NCBI GenBank assembly: GCA_007118795.1
Contig: SKQX01000195.1
Location: 1-38,403 of the forward strand
DNA: 38,403 nucleotides
Direction: 5' to 3'
From: Thermoflexales bacterium
Lineage (GTDB): Bacteria > Chloroflexota > Anaerolineae > B4-G1
Part shown: positions 26,334-34,953 of the stretch, one piece after another
How positions within the stretch are numbered: the stretch's first letter is position 1
Layout of the letters: the number at the start of each line of letters is the position of its first letter
Notes under the pieces: model-generated
What the model saw: the letters and a program-made list of their open reading frames with translations, nothing else
What the model was told of the DNA's origin: nothing
Database searches by the model: none
Position numbers and translations under genes: made by a program

Positions 26334-26347
26334 AGAACATATGTTCT
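26334..26347. promoter_or_regulatory. LexA operator (Gram-positive/Cheo-type SOS box), perfect palindrome AGAACATATGTTCT
   Basis: It has GAAC-N4-GTTC with symmetric flanks and abuts the -10 hexamer. The downstream genes imuB and dnaE2 are classic SOS regulon members. Confidence 0.7.
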
Positions 26348-26379
26348 ATAGGGGGCAGAATAAGGGGTAGATTACTGGA

Positions 26380-27786
26380 ATGCGAGTAGCCTGTCTGTCG
26401 ATTCTCCATCTTCCGGTGCAAGTGGAGCGACGGCGCAATCCAGCCCTCACCGATGCACCACTGGTGGTCGGAGGGCGACGCTGGGAGGAGGGCACAGTAC
26501 TCGATTGTTGCCCTCGAGCAGCAGTGGCAGGGGTGGAACCAGGGATGCGCCTTTCTCAAGCCGAAGCCCTCTGTCCTGAGGCTCGATTCGTCCCGGCCGA
26601 TAGAGAGACATACGATGCCGTTCATAAGATGCTGGTCGACGGTGCCAAGCGCTTTACGCCGATTGTAGAGACCGTCGATCTTGGGCTGGTACTCGTTGAG
26701 GTCTCCAGTCTTAAGCGCCGCTTTGACGATGACGCCGAGCTGGCGCATCATCTGACCCATGAGATGATCAACGCCTCCGGGTTGGATGTGCGAGTCGGAT
26801 TAGGCAGCGGCAGATTTGTGGCTGAGCAGGCAGCGCACGCTGCCCAGCCAGGGGAAGTGTATTTCGTCTCCTCTGAGGAAGAACGAGCTTTCCTTTCTCC
26901 CCTCGATATTTCCACCCTTCCCCTGGACCCAGAGATGGAGCGCCGTCTACGGCTGTTGGGCGTGCGCACCCTCGGTGCCCTTGCTAAGCTGCCCCGTCTG
27001 GCAGTGATCCGCCAGTTCGGCAGCCAGGCTGGTCCTCTGCATGACATGGCATGTGGGATAGATGCTCTTCCGGTGCATGCCGATGCTCCGCCGCTCCAGC
27101 TTTCGGGGGCACACGCTTTTGTCAACCCGGTGAGAGATCGGACGTCGCTTTTGACTCATGTGGGGCGGTTGACGGATGATTTCGCTGAGGAGCTCAATCG
27201 TCGGGGATACCAAGCCGAAGGGATACGGTTGGAAGTCGAGGAGGTGGGTGGCAAACGGCATACGATCGGCAGATCGGTCAAACCGCCATCATCCAGCGCT
27301 GACCAGCTTTCTCGTCTGAGTGCTCGCATGGTTGAAAGGTTGGACATCAACGGGCCATTGGCTGATCTCTCTATCACCATCTACCCGTTACGCCCCCTCC
27401 ATCTGGGCACTACCCAACTGACCCTTTTCAGCAGCGACCGGATCGAAGGTGTTTCCACATTCGATCGGAGATTGCGAGAGACACTAAGACAGTTGTGGGG
27501 GCGCTTCGGAAAGCTGTCCGTCGTCGTTGCCTCGCTGATTGTGCCCCCTCAACCTTGTCCCATCCAAGTCACGACCGCCCGGGATGGTCTACCCAGGGCT
27601 ATTGTGTGGCGCGAACGTCTTCGAGAGGTACAGCGTATCCACGAGCTCTGGCGAGAACGGAGGCAGTGGTGGGGACAATCCATTGAGCGAGACTATTTCC
27701 GCCTAGAGCTTGACGATGGGCAGATGCGGGTCGTGTTCCGCGAAGTGCGAGCCAACCAATGGTTATTGGAACGTCGCCACATCTAA
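26380..27786 (+). CDS. imuB: ImuB, catalytically inactive Y-family polymerase-like protein of the mutagenesis cassette
   Basis: The Y-family fold has the acidic catalytic motif replaced: the N-terminus is MRVACLSILHLPVQVERR rather than D-x-D-AFYA. There is a long non-conserved C-terminal extension. It lies directly upstream of, and overlaps, dnaE2, behind a LexA box. Confidence 0.85.
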   Translation: MRVACLSILHLPVQVERRRNPALTDAPLVVGGRRWEEGTVLDCCPRAAVAGVEPGMRLSQAEALCPEARFVPADRETYDAVHKMLVDGAKRFTPIVETVDLGLVLVEVSSLKRRFDDDAELAHHLTHEMINASGLDVRVGLGSGRFVAEQAAHAAQPGEVYFVSSEEERAFLSPLDISTLPLDPEMERRLRLLGVRTLGALAKLPRLAVIRQFGSQAGPLHDMACGIDALPVHADAPPLQLSGAHAFVNPVRDRTSLLTHVGRLTDDFAEELNRRGYQAEGIRLEVEEVGGKRHTIGRSVKPPSSSADQLSRLSARMVERLDINGPLADLSITIYPLRPLHLGTTQLTLFSSDRIEGVSTFDRRLRETLRQLWGRFGKLSVVVASLIVPPQPCPIQVTTARDGLPRAIVWRERLREVQRIHELWRERRQWWGQSIERDYFRLELDDGQMRVVFREVRANQWLLERRHI

Positions 27787-30700
27787 GTGGTCGACGACTC
27801 AGGCGGTATCCCGAGGGGGGTGGAGGGCGGAGATTTTCGATCCCCGTTTATGCCGAGCTCCATGCTCACTCAAGTCACAGCTTGCTTGATGGCGTCTCCA
27901 CGCCCGAGGCGCTGGCAACCCGGGCGGCCCATCTGGGGATGCCTGCCCTGGCCGTGACCGATCATAATGCGCTGTACGGCGCGGTACGCTTCGTGAGGGC
28001 AGCACAGGAGGCAGGAATCAAACCCCTACTGGGTGCCGAGGTAACTCTCGAAAATGATTCTCATCTGGTGCTTCTGGTGGAGACTGCGGAAGGGTACGCC
28101 AACCTCTGTCGCTTGATTACGTTGGCGCGGCAGGATCAGGCTAAGGACGTAGCCAAGCTGAAGAAAGGAGATCTGGCTGCTCACACTGAAGGCTTGATCG
28201 CGCTTTCGGGCTGTCGACGGGGAGAGCTACCGCAGCTGTTGTTGGCGGGGAGAGAGAGGCAAGCTGCAGACGTGGCCCGCAGCTATGCCCGGATCTTCGG
28301 GCCCGAGCGCTTCTTCATCGAACTGCAGCGCCACTATCGAAAGGGGGACAACCGACTTCTCGCTGGCCTGGTGGATCTGGCTAACCGGACTGGTCTGGAC
28401 GTGGTGGCTACCGGAAACGTCCACTACCTCCATCCCCGTCAGCGAGACGTCCACGACGTACTGCGCTGCATCCGTCACCACACCACTTTGGAAGACGCGG
28501 GTGATCTTCTGCGACCTAACGATGAATACTTCCTACGTTCTCCGTACGAGATGGAGGAGCTCTTCGATGACATTCCCATCGCCCTGGAGAACTCGCTGCG
28601 CATCGCTACTCGCTGCACGTCAGCACTCGAATATCTACCCTCAGGGCCGCAGGTGCTTCCCCAGGCCCCCGGCTATGGAGACCGTGCCCCCGACGTTTAC
28701 CTGCGAGAGCTATGCGAACGGGAGCTGCACCGTCGCTACTCGTGCCATCCACCCGGGGACGTCTTGGAGCACGAACTCTCGGTGATCCAAGGGATGGGAC
28801 TGGCCAATTACTTCCTCATTGTGGGGGATATTGTGCGCTTTGCCACGCAGGCCGGCATTCTCTGTCAGGGCCGGGGGAGCGCGGCCAACTCCTTAGTGGC
28901 CTATCTCCTAGATATCAGCCCGATCGATCCAGTCGCCTGTGATCTGGTCTTTGAACGTTTCCTGTCGCCCGAACGAGGTTCGCCGCCGGACATCGACATA
29001 GATATCGCCGCCGACCGGCGTGAGGAGGTGATTCAGTACGTCTATCAGCGGTATGGGCAGGAACACGCAGCGATGGCCTGTACGCTCGTCACCTTCCGCG
29101 CTCGATCGGCGGTGCGCGACATAGCGCGAGCCCTGGGCTTTCCTCCGCCCATGATAGAGAGGCTGACAGAGGTCTGTCCCGAGCTTCTCGATCTCATTCG
29201 AGGACGGCTTGCCGCGGGAACAGTCGATGGAACAGAGCCCCATAGCGTAGAGATACCGCCAGAGATCGTCGAGGCAGTGGATACTGAGCAACTCACTGAA
29301 TGGCGTCTCACTCCTCGATTGCTCCACCATCTTCTACAGCTGGCTCCTCAGTTGGTCGGCATCCCCCGCCATCTAGGCATCCATAATGGCGGTATGGTGA
29401 TCTCGGGGCCTCCGTTGTGCCAGATCGTCCCGTTGGAACCCGCTACTATGGAGGATCGGGTGGTTACCCAGTGGGACAAGGATGGGCTGGAAGGCGTCGG
29501 GATGATCAAGGTTGACCTCCTGGGGCTGCGAATGTTGTCGGCCATTGAGGACGCCGTGACCATTATCGAGGGTCAGACTGGAGAACGACCAGATCTGACT
29601 ACCTTGACTCGCGACGATCCTGAGGTCTACGATATGCTCTGCCGGAGTGAGGCTATCGGGGTCTTCCAGGTGGAATCGAGAGCTCAAGCTAGCTTGATTC
29701 CTCGCTTTCAACCCCGGTCGTTCGACGATCTAGTTATTCAGATATCCCTCATTCGTCCCGGGCCGCTTCAGGCTCAGATGGTCCATCCCTATCTACGCCG
29801 CCGCGAGAATCGTGAGCCAATCAGCTATTCCCATCCCCTCTTGCAGGATGCCCTCAAGGAGACGTTGGGTGTGATCATATTCCAGGAACAGGTGTTGAAA
29901 GTAGCCCGCGACCTGGCTGGGTTCACGCCGGGAGAGGCAGAGCTCCTCCGCCGCGCGTTGTCGCATAAGCGGGCGTCGCGAGAGATCACACGATTCCAAG
30001 ACCGGTTTGTGGAGGGAGCAGGGGAAAGAGGCGTTGATCGAGAGACGGCACAACGGGTCTTTGAGCAACTACAAGCATTCGGCGGGTACTCCTTCCCCAA
30101 GAGCCACGCTGCGGCTTTTGCTGTACTGACGTACCAATCTGCCTGGCTGAGACGATTTTACCCCTTGGCTTTCTTCACCGCCCTGTTGCGTCATCAGCCG
30201 ATGGGGTTCTATCCCCCGCACGTGATCGTTTCCGAGGCTCGCCGTTGTGGCGTGGAGATACGGCCGGTGGACATCAATGTGTCGGATTTGGAGCCCACTG
30301 TCGAAGGAGAAGCGCTGCGGTTAGGGCTGGCCATGGTCAATGGGCTAGGAGAGGGTAGCACCAGCCGCGGTCGAGTCGTGTTGGAGGCAAGGCAGTCCGG
30401 GCCGTTTCGTTCATTGACGGACTTCTGTCGACGCACCCGTCTCACAAGGAGAACGGTAGAGGGGTTGATATGGGCCGGTGCTTTCGACGGCTGGGAGGTG
30501 CCGCGACGGCAGTTGCTGTGGGAGTTGAAGATGGCTCTAGATACGGCCAAGGGGCCTTCCAGCCTGCTTACCTCATCTCACAGGGAACGTCCGCGATTTG
30601 CCTTTCTATCGGCACACGGGAGGTTGTGGACCGAAGTAGCCTATACGGGAGTCAGTGCCCGGGAGCATATGATCACCCTGGTGGAAGACACACTGGGTGC

Positions 30701-30995
30701 TATAGGCGTCACGTCGAGTGGAGAGCTGCGGCAATTGGCGGATGGAGAAACGGTAAGGGTCGGTGGGGTGATCGTCTCGCGCCAACATCCGCCGACGGCG
30801 AAGGGAGTGGCATTCCTGGCCCTGGAAGATGAAGGAGGGCTGATCAACATAGTGATCAGACCGGAAGTATATGAGAAGAATCGCAGGGCCCTCCAGTCCC
30901 CCTTTGTGGTGATCGAGGGCATTCTGCAGTGGCGAGGAGGAGCGATCAGCGTGCTGGCCCAGAAGGTCGCTGCGCTGAAGAGTGAGCCAGAGTGA
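27759..30995 (+). CDS. dnaE2: Error-prone DNA polymerase III alpha-type subunit DnaE2 (ImuC)
   Basis: The PHP domain reads YAELHAHSSHSLLDGVSTPE...LAVTDHNALYGAVRF, followed by the polymerase core and an OB fold. The length is 1078 aa. It overlaps imuB by 28 nt, and no alternative in-frame start exists downstream. Confidence 0.9.
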   Translation: MVIGTSPHLSGRRLRRYPEGGGGRRFSIPVYAELHAHSSHSLLDGVSTPEALATRAAHLGMPALAVTDHNALYGAVRFVRAAQEAGIKPLLGAEVTLENDSHLVLLVETAEGYANLCRLITLARQDQAKDVAKLKKGDLAAHTEGLIALSGCRRGELPQLLLAGRERQAADVARSYARIFGPERFFIELQRHYRKGDNRLLAGLVDLANRTGLDVVATGNVHYLHPRQRDVHDVLRCIRHHTTLEDAGDLLRPNDEYFLRSPYEMEELFDDIPIALENSLRIATRCTSALEYLPSGPQVLPQAPGYGDRAPDVYLRELCERELHRRYSCHPPGDVLEHELSVIQGMGLANYFLIVGDIVRFATQAGILCQGRGSAANSLVAYLLDISPIDPVACDLVFERFLSPERGSPPDIDIDIAADRREEVIQYVYQRYGQEHAAMACTLVTFRARSAVRDIARALGFPPPMIERLTEVCPELLDLIRGRLAAGTVDGTEPHSVEIPPEIVEAVDTEQLTEWRLTPRLLHHLLQLAPQLVGIPRHLGIHNGGMVISGPPLCQIVPLEPATMEDRVVTQWDKDGLEGVGMIKVDLLGLRMLSAIEDAVTIIEGQTGERPDLTTLTRDDPEVYDMLCRSEAIGVFQVESRAQASLIPRFQPRSFDDLVIQISLIRPGPLQAQMVHPYLRRRENREPISYSHPLLQDALKETLGVIIFQEQVLKVARDLAGFTPGEAELLRRALSHKRASREITRFQDRFVEGAGERGVDRETAQRVFEQLQAFGGYSFPKSHAAAFAVLTYQSAWLRRFYPLAFFTALLRHQPMGFYPPHVIVSEARRCGVEIRPVDINVSDLEPTVEGEALRLGLAMVNGLGEGSTSRGRVVLEARQSGPFRSLTDFCRRTRLTRRTVEGLIWAGAFDGWEVPRRQLLWELKMALDTAKGPSSLLTSSHRERPRFAFLSAHGRLWTEVAYTGVSAREHMITLVEDTLGAIGVTSSGELRQLADGETVRVGGVIVSRQHPPTAKGVAFLALEDEGGLINIVIRPEVYEKNRRALQSPFVVIEGILQWRGGAISVLAQKVAALKSEPE

Positions 30996-31025
30996 TCAAG
31001 AGACAGATTCTTCTGCCACCCACTC

Positions 31026-32045
31026 TCACCGGATCAAGTCCCGGAGCTTCCCCAAACCTCCGGCATCGAACCACTCTGCGAGAAGGAGGCGTGAGATGGA
31101 GATATCCGACGGGAGCTGCAGCTTGCCCTGTTCCACCTCGTTGATAATATCCTCTCGGGATAGCCACCGGGCATCTTCCAGCTCGCCATCGTGCAATCGA
31201 ATGGTCGTGCGCGTCGCCTGGGCGACGAAGCCCAACATCAGCGAACTGGGGAACGGCCACGGCTGCGACGAGTGGTATTGAATCCGTGTCACGCGAACGC
31301 CAGTCTCCTCTCGCAGCTCACGCACCACCGCGGCCTCCAAGCTCTCCCCAGGCTCGACGAAACCGGCGATGATCGAATAGAGCCCCTCGGGCCAGGTTGG
31401 CTGCCGCCCCAAGAGGCACCGGCTACCCCGGGTGACTCGCACGATTATGGCCGGATCGGTTCGAGGAAAATGTTGTCGACCACACTGACGGCTGGTGCAC
31501 GCGCGCAGGTGCCCTCCCTCTGCGCTGGCCGTAGGCGCACCGCATTCTCCACAGAAACGGTTCCGCCGATGCCAATAGGTCATTGCCTTGGCGTAAGCTA
31601 GCAGCCCGGCTTCCTGCCGTTCCAGTAACGCAGCGACTTCCCGCAGACTACGAAACTGTCCAGCTGCCACCGGGCGAGGGAGTGCGGTCTCACCGCCGCC
31701 CGCCAGGTCCACAGCGAAATAGACATGCCCTCCAGCCTCTCCCAGCAGGATGACTGATTCCGCCTGTCGGCGAACGCCCTCAGCCTCCTCCGGCCTCAAT
31801 AGGACCGGGCGAGGCCTGGACGCACCCGTGACGAGGACCGCGGAGCCAGATACAGACACGTAACGGGTTGTGGGATCAGTCAATCGTTCCCTGACCCAAG
31901 CCTCGTCCTGACTTCGACCAAAGGTTCGGTCGATGAGGAGCCCCGTGAAAGGGATCTGGGTGGCGTCGTCGCTGTGCTCTATGGTCAGCTCGCCTCCATC
32001 AGCATCTTCAACTGACGAGCAGCTTCCACGGCCTGGGCTCGCCAA
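31026..32045 (-). CDS. nudC: NAD-capped RNA hydrolase / NADH pyrophosphatase NudC (Nudix with zinc ribbon)
   Basis: The zinc ribbon is FCGECGAPT...CTSRQCGRQHFPRTDP. The Nudix box is GFVEPGESLEAAVVRELREETGV, followed by SQPWPFPSSLM. The TTG start at 32045 overlaps the DUF72 3' end by 61 nt, and the exact start is uncertain. Confidence 0.85.
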   Translation of the reverse strand: MASPGRGSCSSVEDADGGELTIEHSDDATQIPFTGLLIDRTFGRSQDEAWVRERLTDPTTRYVSVSGSAVLVTGASRPRPVLLRPEEAEGVRRQAESVILLGEAGGHVYFAVDLAGGGETALPRPVAAGQFRSLREVAALLERQEAGLLAYAKAMTYWHRRNRFCGECGAPTASAEGGHLRACTSRQCGRQHFPRTDPAIIVRVTRGSRCLLGRQPTWPEGLYSIIAGFVEPGESLEAAVVRELREETGVRVTRIQYHSSQPWPFPSSLMLGFVAQATRTTIRLHDGELEDARWLSREDIINEVEQGKLQLPSDISISRLLLAEWFDAGGLGKLRDLIR

Positions 32046-32761
32046 TGGTTGTTCATATAGACCAGGGTCAGGGGCGCCTCAGCATCCAACTCGCGGATCT
32101 TCGGCGCCCACTCCATGAGCTCGGTCTCGCTATACGTGTAGTCGTAGCGCTCCCAGGGCTCATCGTGTTGCCACCATTTCGCTCGATTTCTTCCGTGAAA
32201 GCGTACGTATGCAACGGGACCGGTGGCCGCGGCGACAGGGGGTACTAAGCTCCGGAACCGAGGTTGGTCTACCGCACAGAATCCGAGGTCGAGCGCTCGC
32301 AGTTGCTCGAAGGTCTCCTCATTGATCCACTCGCGGGAGCGAAACTCCACCACCACCGGGATCTCGGCCAAGCCCGCCCGCACACGCTCCAGATAATCCC
32401 GGTTGGCCCGAGTGGCATGGAAGGAGTGGGGGAACTGCGCCAAGACACAGGCGAATTTCCCCTGTTCGATGAGCGGATGGAGGGCCCCGGAGAGCTCAGC
32501 CATATGCGGCTCCGGGTCCTTGCGCGCGTGGGTGATGCCGCGATAGGCCTTGACTGAGAAGAGGAACCCCTCAGGAACTTTGGCGGCGATCTGCTCTAAG
32601 GTGCGCGCGTCCGGGATGCGGTAGTAGCTGAAGTTCAACTCGCAGGTAGAGAACTCCTGGGCGTAGTAGCTCAACCACTGGCGCTTCGACAGATCCGCCG
32701 GATAGAACGGCCCCACCCAGTCGTCGTAGCTAAAACCGCTGGTACCGATATGGACTGTCAT
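31985..32761 (-). CDS. DUF72 (YecE/UPF0759) family protein
   Basis: The typical DUF72 start is HIGTSGFSYDDWVGPFYP. I prefer the ATG at 32761 (MTVHIGTSGF, with GGGGGA upstream). A minus-strand extended -10, TGGTATAAT (complement of 32817-32825), would place the transcription start inside the longer track ORF. Confidence 0.85.
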   Translation of the reverse strand: MTVHIGTSGFSYDDWVGPFYPADLSKRQWLSYYAQEFSTCELNFSYYRIPDARTLEQIAAKVPEGFLFSVKAYRGITHARKDPEPHMAELSGALHPLIEQGKFACVLAQFPHSFHATRANRDYLERVRAGLAEIPVVVEFRSREWINEETFEQLRALDLGFCAVDQPRFRSLVPPVAAATGPVAYVRFHGRNRAKWWQHDEPWERYDYTYSETELMEWAPKIRELDAEAPLTLVYMNNHWRAQAVEAARQLKMLMEAS

Positions 32762-32862
32762 AGTTCCCCCGCTGCCCGCGAAGATCAAGAGCTTGTGCAT
32801 CGATGCTATCACTCATATTATACCAAACTCGCTTCTCCGCGCACACTTACCGATCTACACGT

Positions 32863-32891
32863 TTGTCAGTCGCGGACAGATGCCGTATAAT
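32863..32891 (+). promoter_or_regulatory. Sigma70-type promoter TTGTCA-N17-TATAAT driving the small islet that ends with brnT/brnA
   Basis: TTGTCA is at 32863-32868 and TATAAT at 32886-32891. Confidence 0.45.
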
Positions 32892-33466
32892 GCCTTAGAT
32901 CGAAGCACCTCCGCTATAAGACCGACAAGCGTCCGACGTCCATGAGCGCAGTGTACAAAGGGAGCAGTGCTCGAATTCCGGAGACTGTTCTAAGAGTACT
33001 GGGAGGACTGGGCCTGGTGAGTACAATGGTCCCGTGGGATGTGATCTCCCTCGTTGGATGGCTACTACTCGCTTCCTGCGGGGCAGCGGAAGCGCCGAGG
33101 CCCCGCGCGATCCAGCCAACCCCTCCACCGGTCGCCCAGGCTGGCAGGCACCAAGTGGCGAAGCTGCGCCTGCCCCCGTGCGTACGAAGAGCCGGTGCGT
33201 CAGACCGATCTGTGCGACGCATCAGACCATTGGCGGGTCATCGATAGCCCCCGCAGGTACGCGCCCACCGTGGAGATGGCGTTGGTGGCCGGTATTGAGG
33301 CATTGCTGGACTATGGCCCCGTCATCGAGCCGACCGGGGTGCGACAAGCTGTCACCGCCTATCAGAAAGCACACCCGTTCTGGCTTCCTCTCACTGTCAA
33401 TCGGATGAGTGATCTGGCCCACGCGCGGTCTGTGGAAGAGCCGCTGAGTGAGTGAGAGGGTGTTCT

Positions 33467-33750
33467 GTGGGCATATGGTTTGAGTGGGATTCCGAGAAAG
33501 CAGAGACGAACCTAAAGAAGCACCAAGTGGCATGCGGCGAAGCCGCAACAGTGTTCGGCGATCCGTTGTCTCTGACGTTTGATGATCCTGACCATTCAAT
33601 CGAAGAGCAGCGGTTCATCACCATGGGGATGTCTCGATCGGGGATCTGCTCATTGTCTCGCACGCAGATCGAGGTGACCGGATACGCATCATCAGTGCGC
33701 GAAGACCAACATGCCGAGAGAGGAAGCTCTATGAGGAATATGGGCAATAG
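33467..33750 (+). pseudogene. brnT: BrnT-family (DUF497) toxin gene interrupted by a frameshift at a G4 run
   Basis: Frame A reads (V)GIWFEWDSEKAETNLKKHQVACGEAATVFGDPLSLTFDDPDHSIEEQRFITMGMSRSG up to GGGG (33640-33643). The canonical continuation DLLIVSHADRGDRIRIISARRPTCRERKLYEEYGQ* is in the -1 frame (33643-33750). One extra G would restore a typical ~95-aa BrnT. Confidence 0.7.
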
Positions 33751-33958
33751 AGGGGTTAACGATGAGCTTCGCCCTGAGTACGATCTGTCCCAGCTCCGGG
33801 AAGCTGCCAGGGGGAAGTATGTGGAGCGCTACAACGAAGGCACGAATCTGGTGCCTCTGGACCCGGACTTGGCAAAGGCATTCTCCGACGATGAGGCAGT
33901 GAACGAGGCACTCCGACTGCTCATCAAGATTGCTAGCACTCACGTTGATGGCGAGTGA
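33731..33958 (+). CDS. brnA: BrnA-like antitoxin partner of BrnT (75 aa)
   Basis: MRNMGNRGVNDELRPEYDLSQLREAARGKYVERYNEGTNLVPLDPDLAKAFSDDEAVNEALRLLIKIA is the pattern I recognise from partners of DUF497 toxins. Its ATG overlaps the restored toxin 3' end by 20 nt, a typical TA arrangement. Confidence 0.65.
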   Translation: MRNMGNRGVNDELRPEYDLSQLREAARGKYVERYNEGTNLVPLDPDLAKAFSDDEAVNEALRLLIKIASTHVDGE

Positions 33959-34349
33959 GATCGACGCGACATCTCTTCGGTCGCCACAGGCAAAGGTGAG
34001 GTGCACCCCGTAGGACTCAGAGGTTGTGCCCGCAGCCTGTCGGGTATATGCGGCGCAGCCGATGCCTGTCGTGCGATTCGAGACGCCGCCAGAAGGGTAA
34101 GAGCAAGGGTGTACGCGCCTCCTCTGACGAAGGCTTCGTCAACATCCCGCAATGACTGAGGACGCCTCCCCTCTGGCGTGAGCACTAGACGAAACTCTAT
34201 AGCTGATCAGCCTGTGGGTCTTAGCGCGCCGGCGCGGGCGCTGGTAGTGCGCGCTCGATGGGAGCCCGTTGCCCTCTTGGGTCTCACCACCCCCCAGCAG
34301 ACCCAATGATTCCCGTGCATAGGACTTGAGAGCGAGAGGAGAACGACGA

Positions 34350-34769
34350 ATGGCAGCAAGGGCAAGCGTAACCTGGCTCAAACGGCGGCAGTTTGTCGGC
34401 ACGGACGGGACCGGACACTCCGTCGTCCTTTCCTCGCAGGACGAGGAGAACGGCGTCGGGATGAGTTCCTCTCAGCTCCTCCTGGTTTCCCTGGCCGGCT
34501 GCACCGCCTATGACGTGGTTAGCATTTTGGAGAAGAAGCGTCAGGCGCTCACCGGACTGGAGATCAAGGTGACGGGAGAGCAGGATGAGGACCCGCCCTG
34601 GACCTACCGTAAGATCCATATGGAGTACCTGGTCCGAGGGGACGGCCTGAGCGAGAAGGCAGTTCGGGACGCCATCGAGCTATCCGAGGAGAAGTACTGC
34701 TCCGTGGCAGCTACCCTGCGGGGCACGGTGGAGATCACTTACGACTACACCATTGTAGACGGCAAGTAG
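34350..34769 (+). CDS. osmC: OsmC family peroxiredoxin-like protein
   Basis: LLLVSLAGCTAYDVVSILEKKR and SEEKYCSVAATLRG carry the two conserved OsmC cysteines. The ATG at 34350 has GAGAGGA upstream. Confidence 0.85.
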   Translation: MAARASVTWLKRRQFVGTDGTGHSVVLSSQDEENGVGMSSSQLLLVSLAGCTAYDVVSILEKKRQALTGLEIKVTGEQDEDPPWTYRKIHMEYLVRGDGLSEKAVRDAIELSEEKYCSVAATLRGTVEITYDYTIVDGK

Positions 34770-34953
34770 CCCCCGCTAGCGGCATGCTAGGAGCACCATC
34801 GGACCACGGCTGCTGGCCCCAGGAGCACTCGGAAAGTGGAGGAAACCCCAGGGGAGAGGTATACGGGGTCCTTTCCCTCGAACCAATGGTCTGAGAGTGA
34901 CGACGAACAGCGATATCCAGCTACTGATCGTCGCCTATTGAGGAGTACTGCCG

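Noticed and set aside
31985-32045. 61-nt overlap between the nudC start (TTG 32045) and the DUF72 3' end, considered as possible recoding or a nested gene.
   Set aside because: It is most simply an uncertain start-codon call. NudC homologues need only about 15-20 residues upstream of the conserved IPFTGLLIDR region, and rare starts cannot be excluded by eye.
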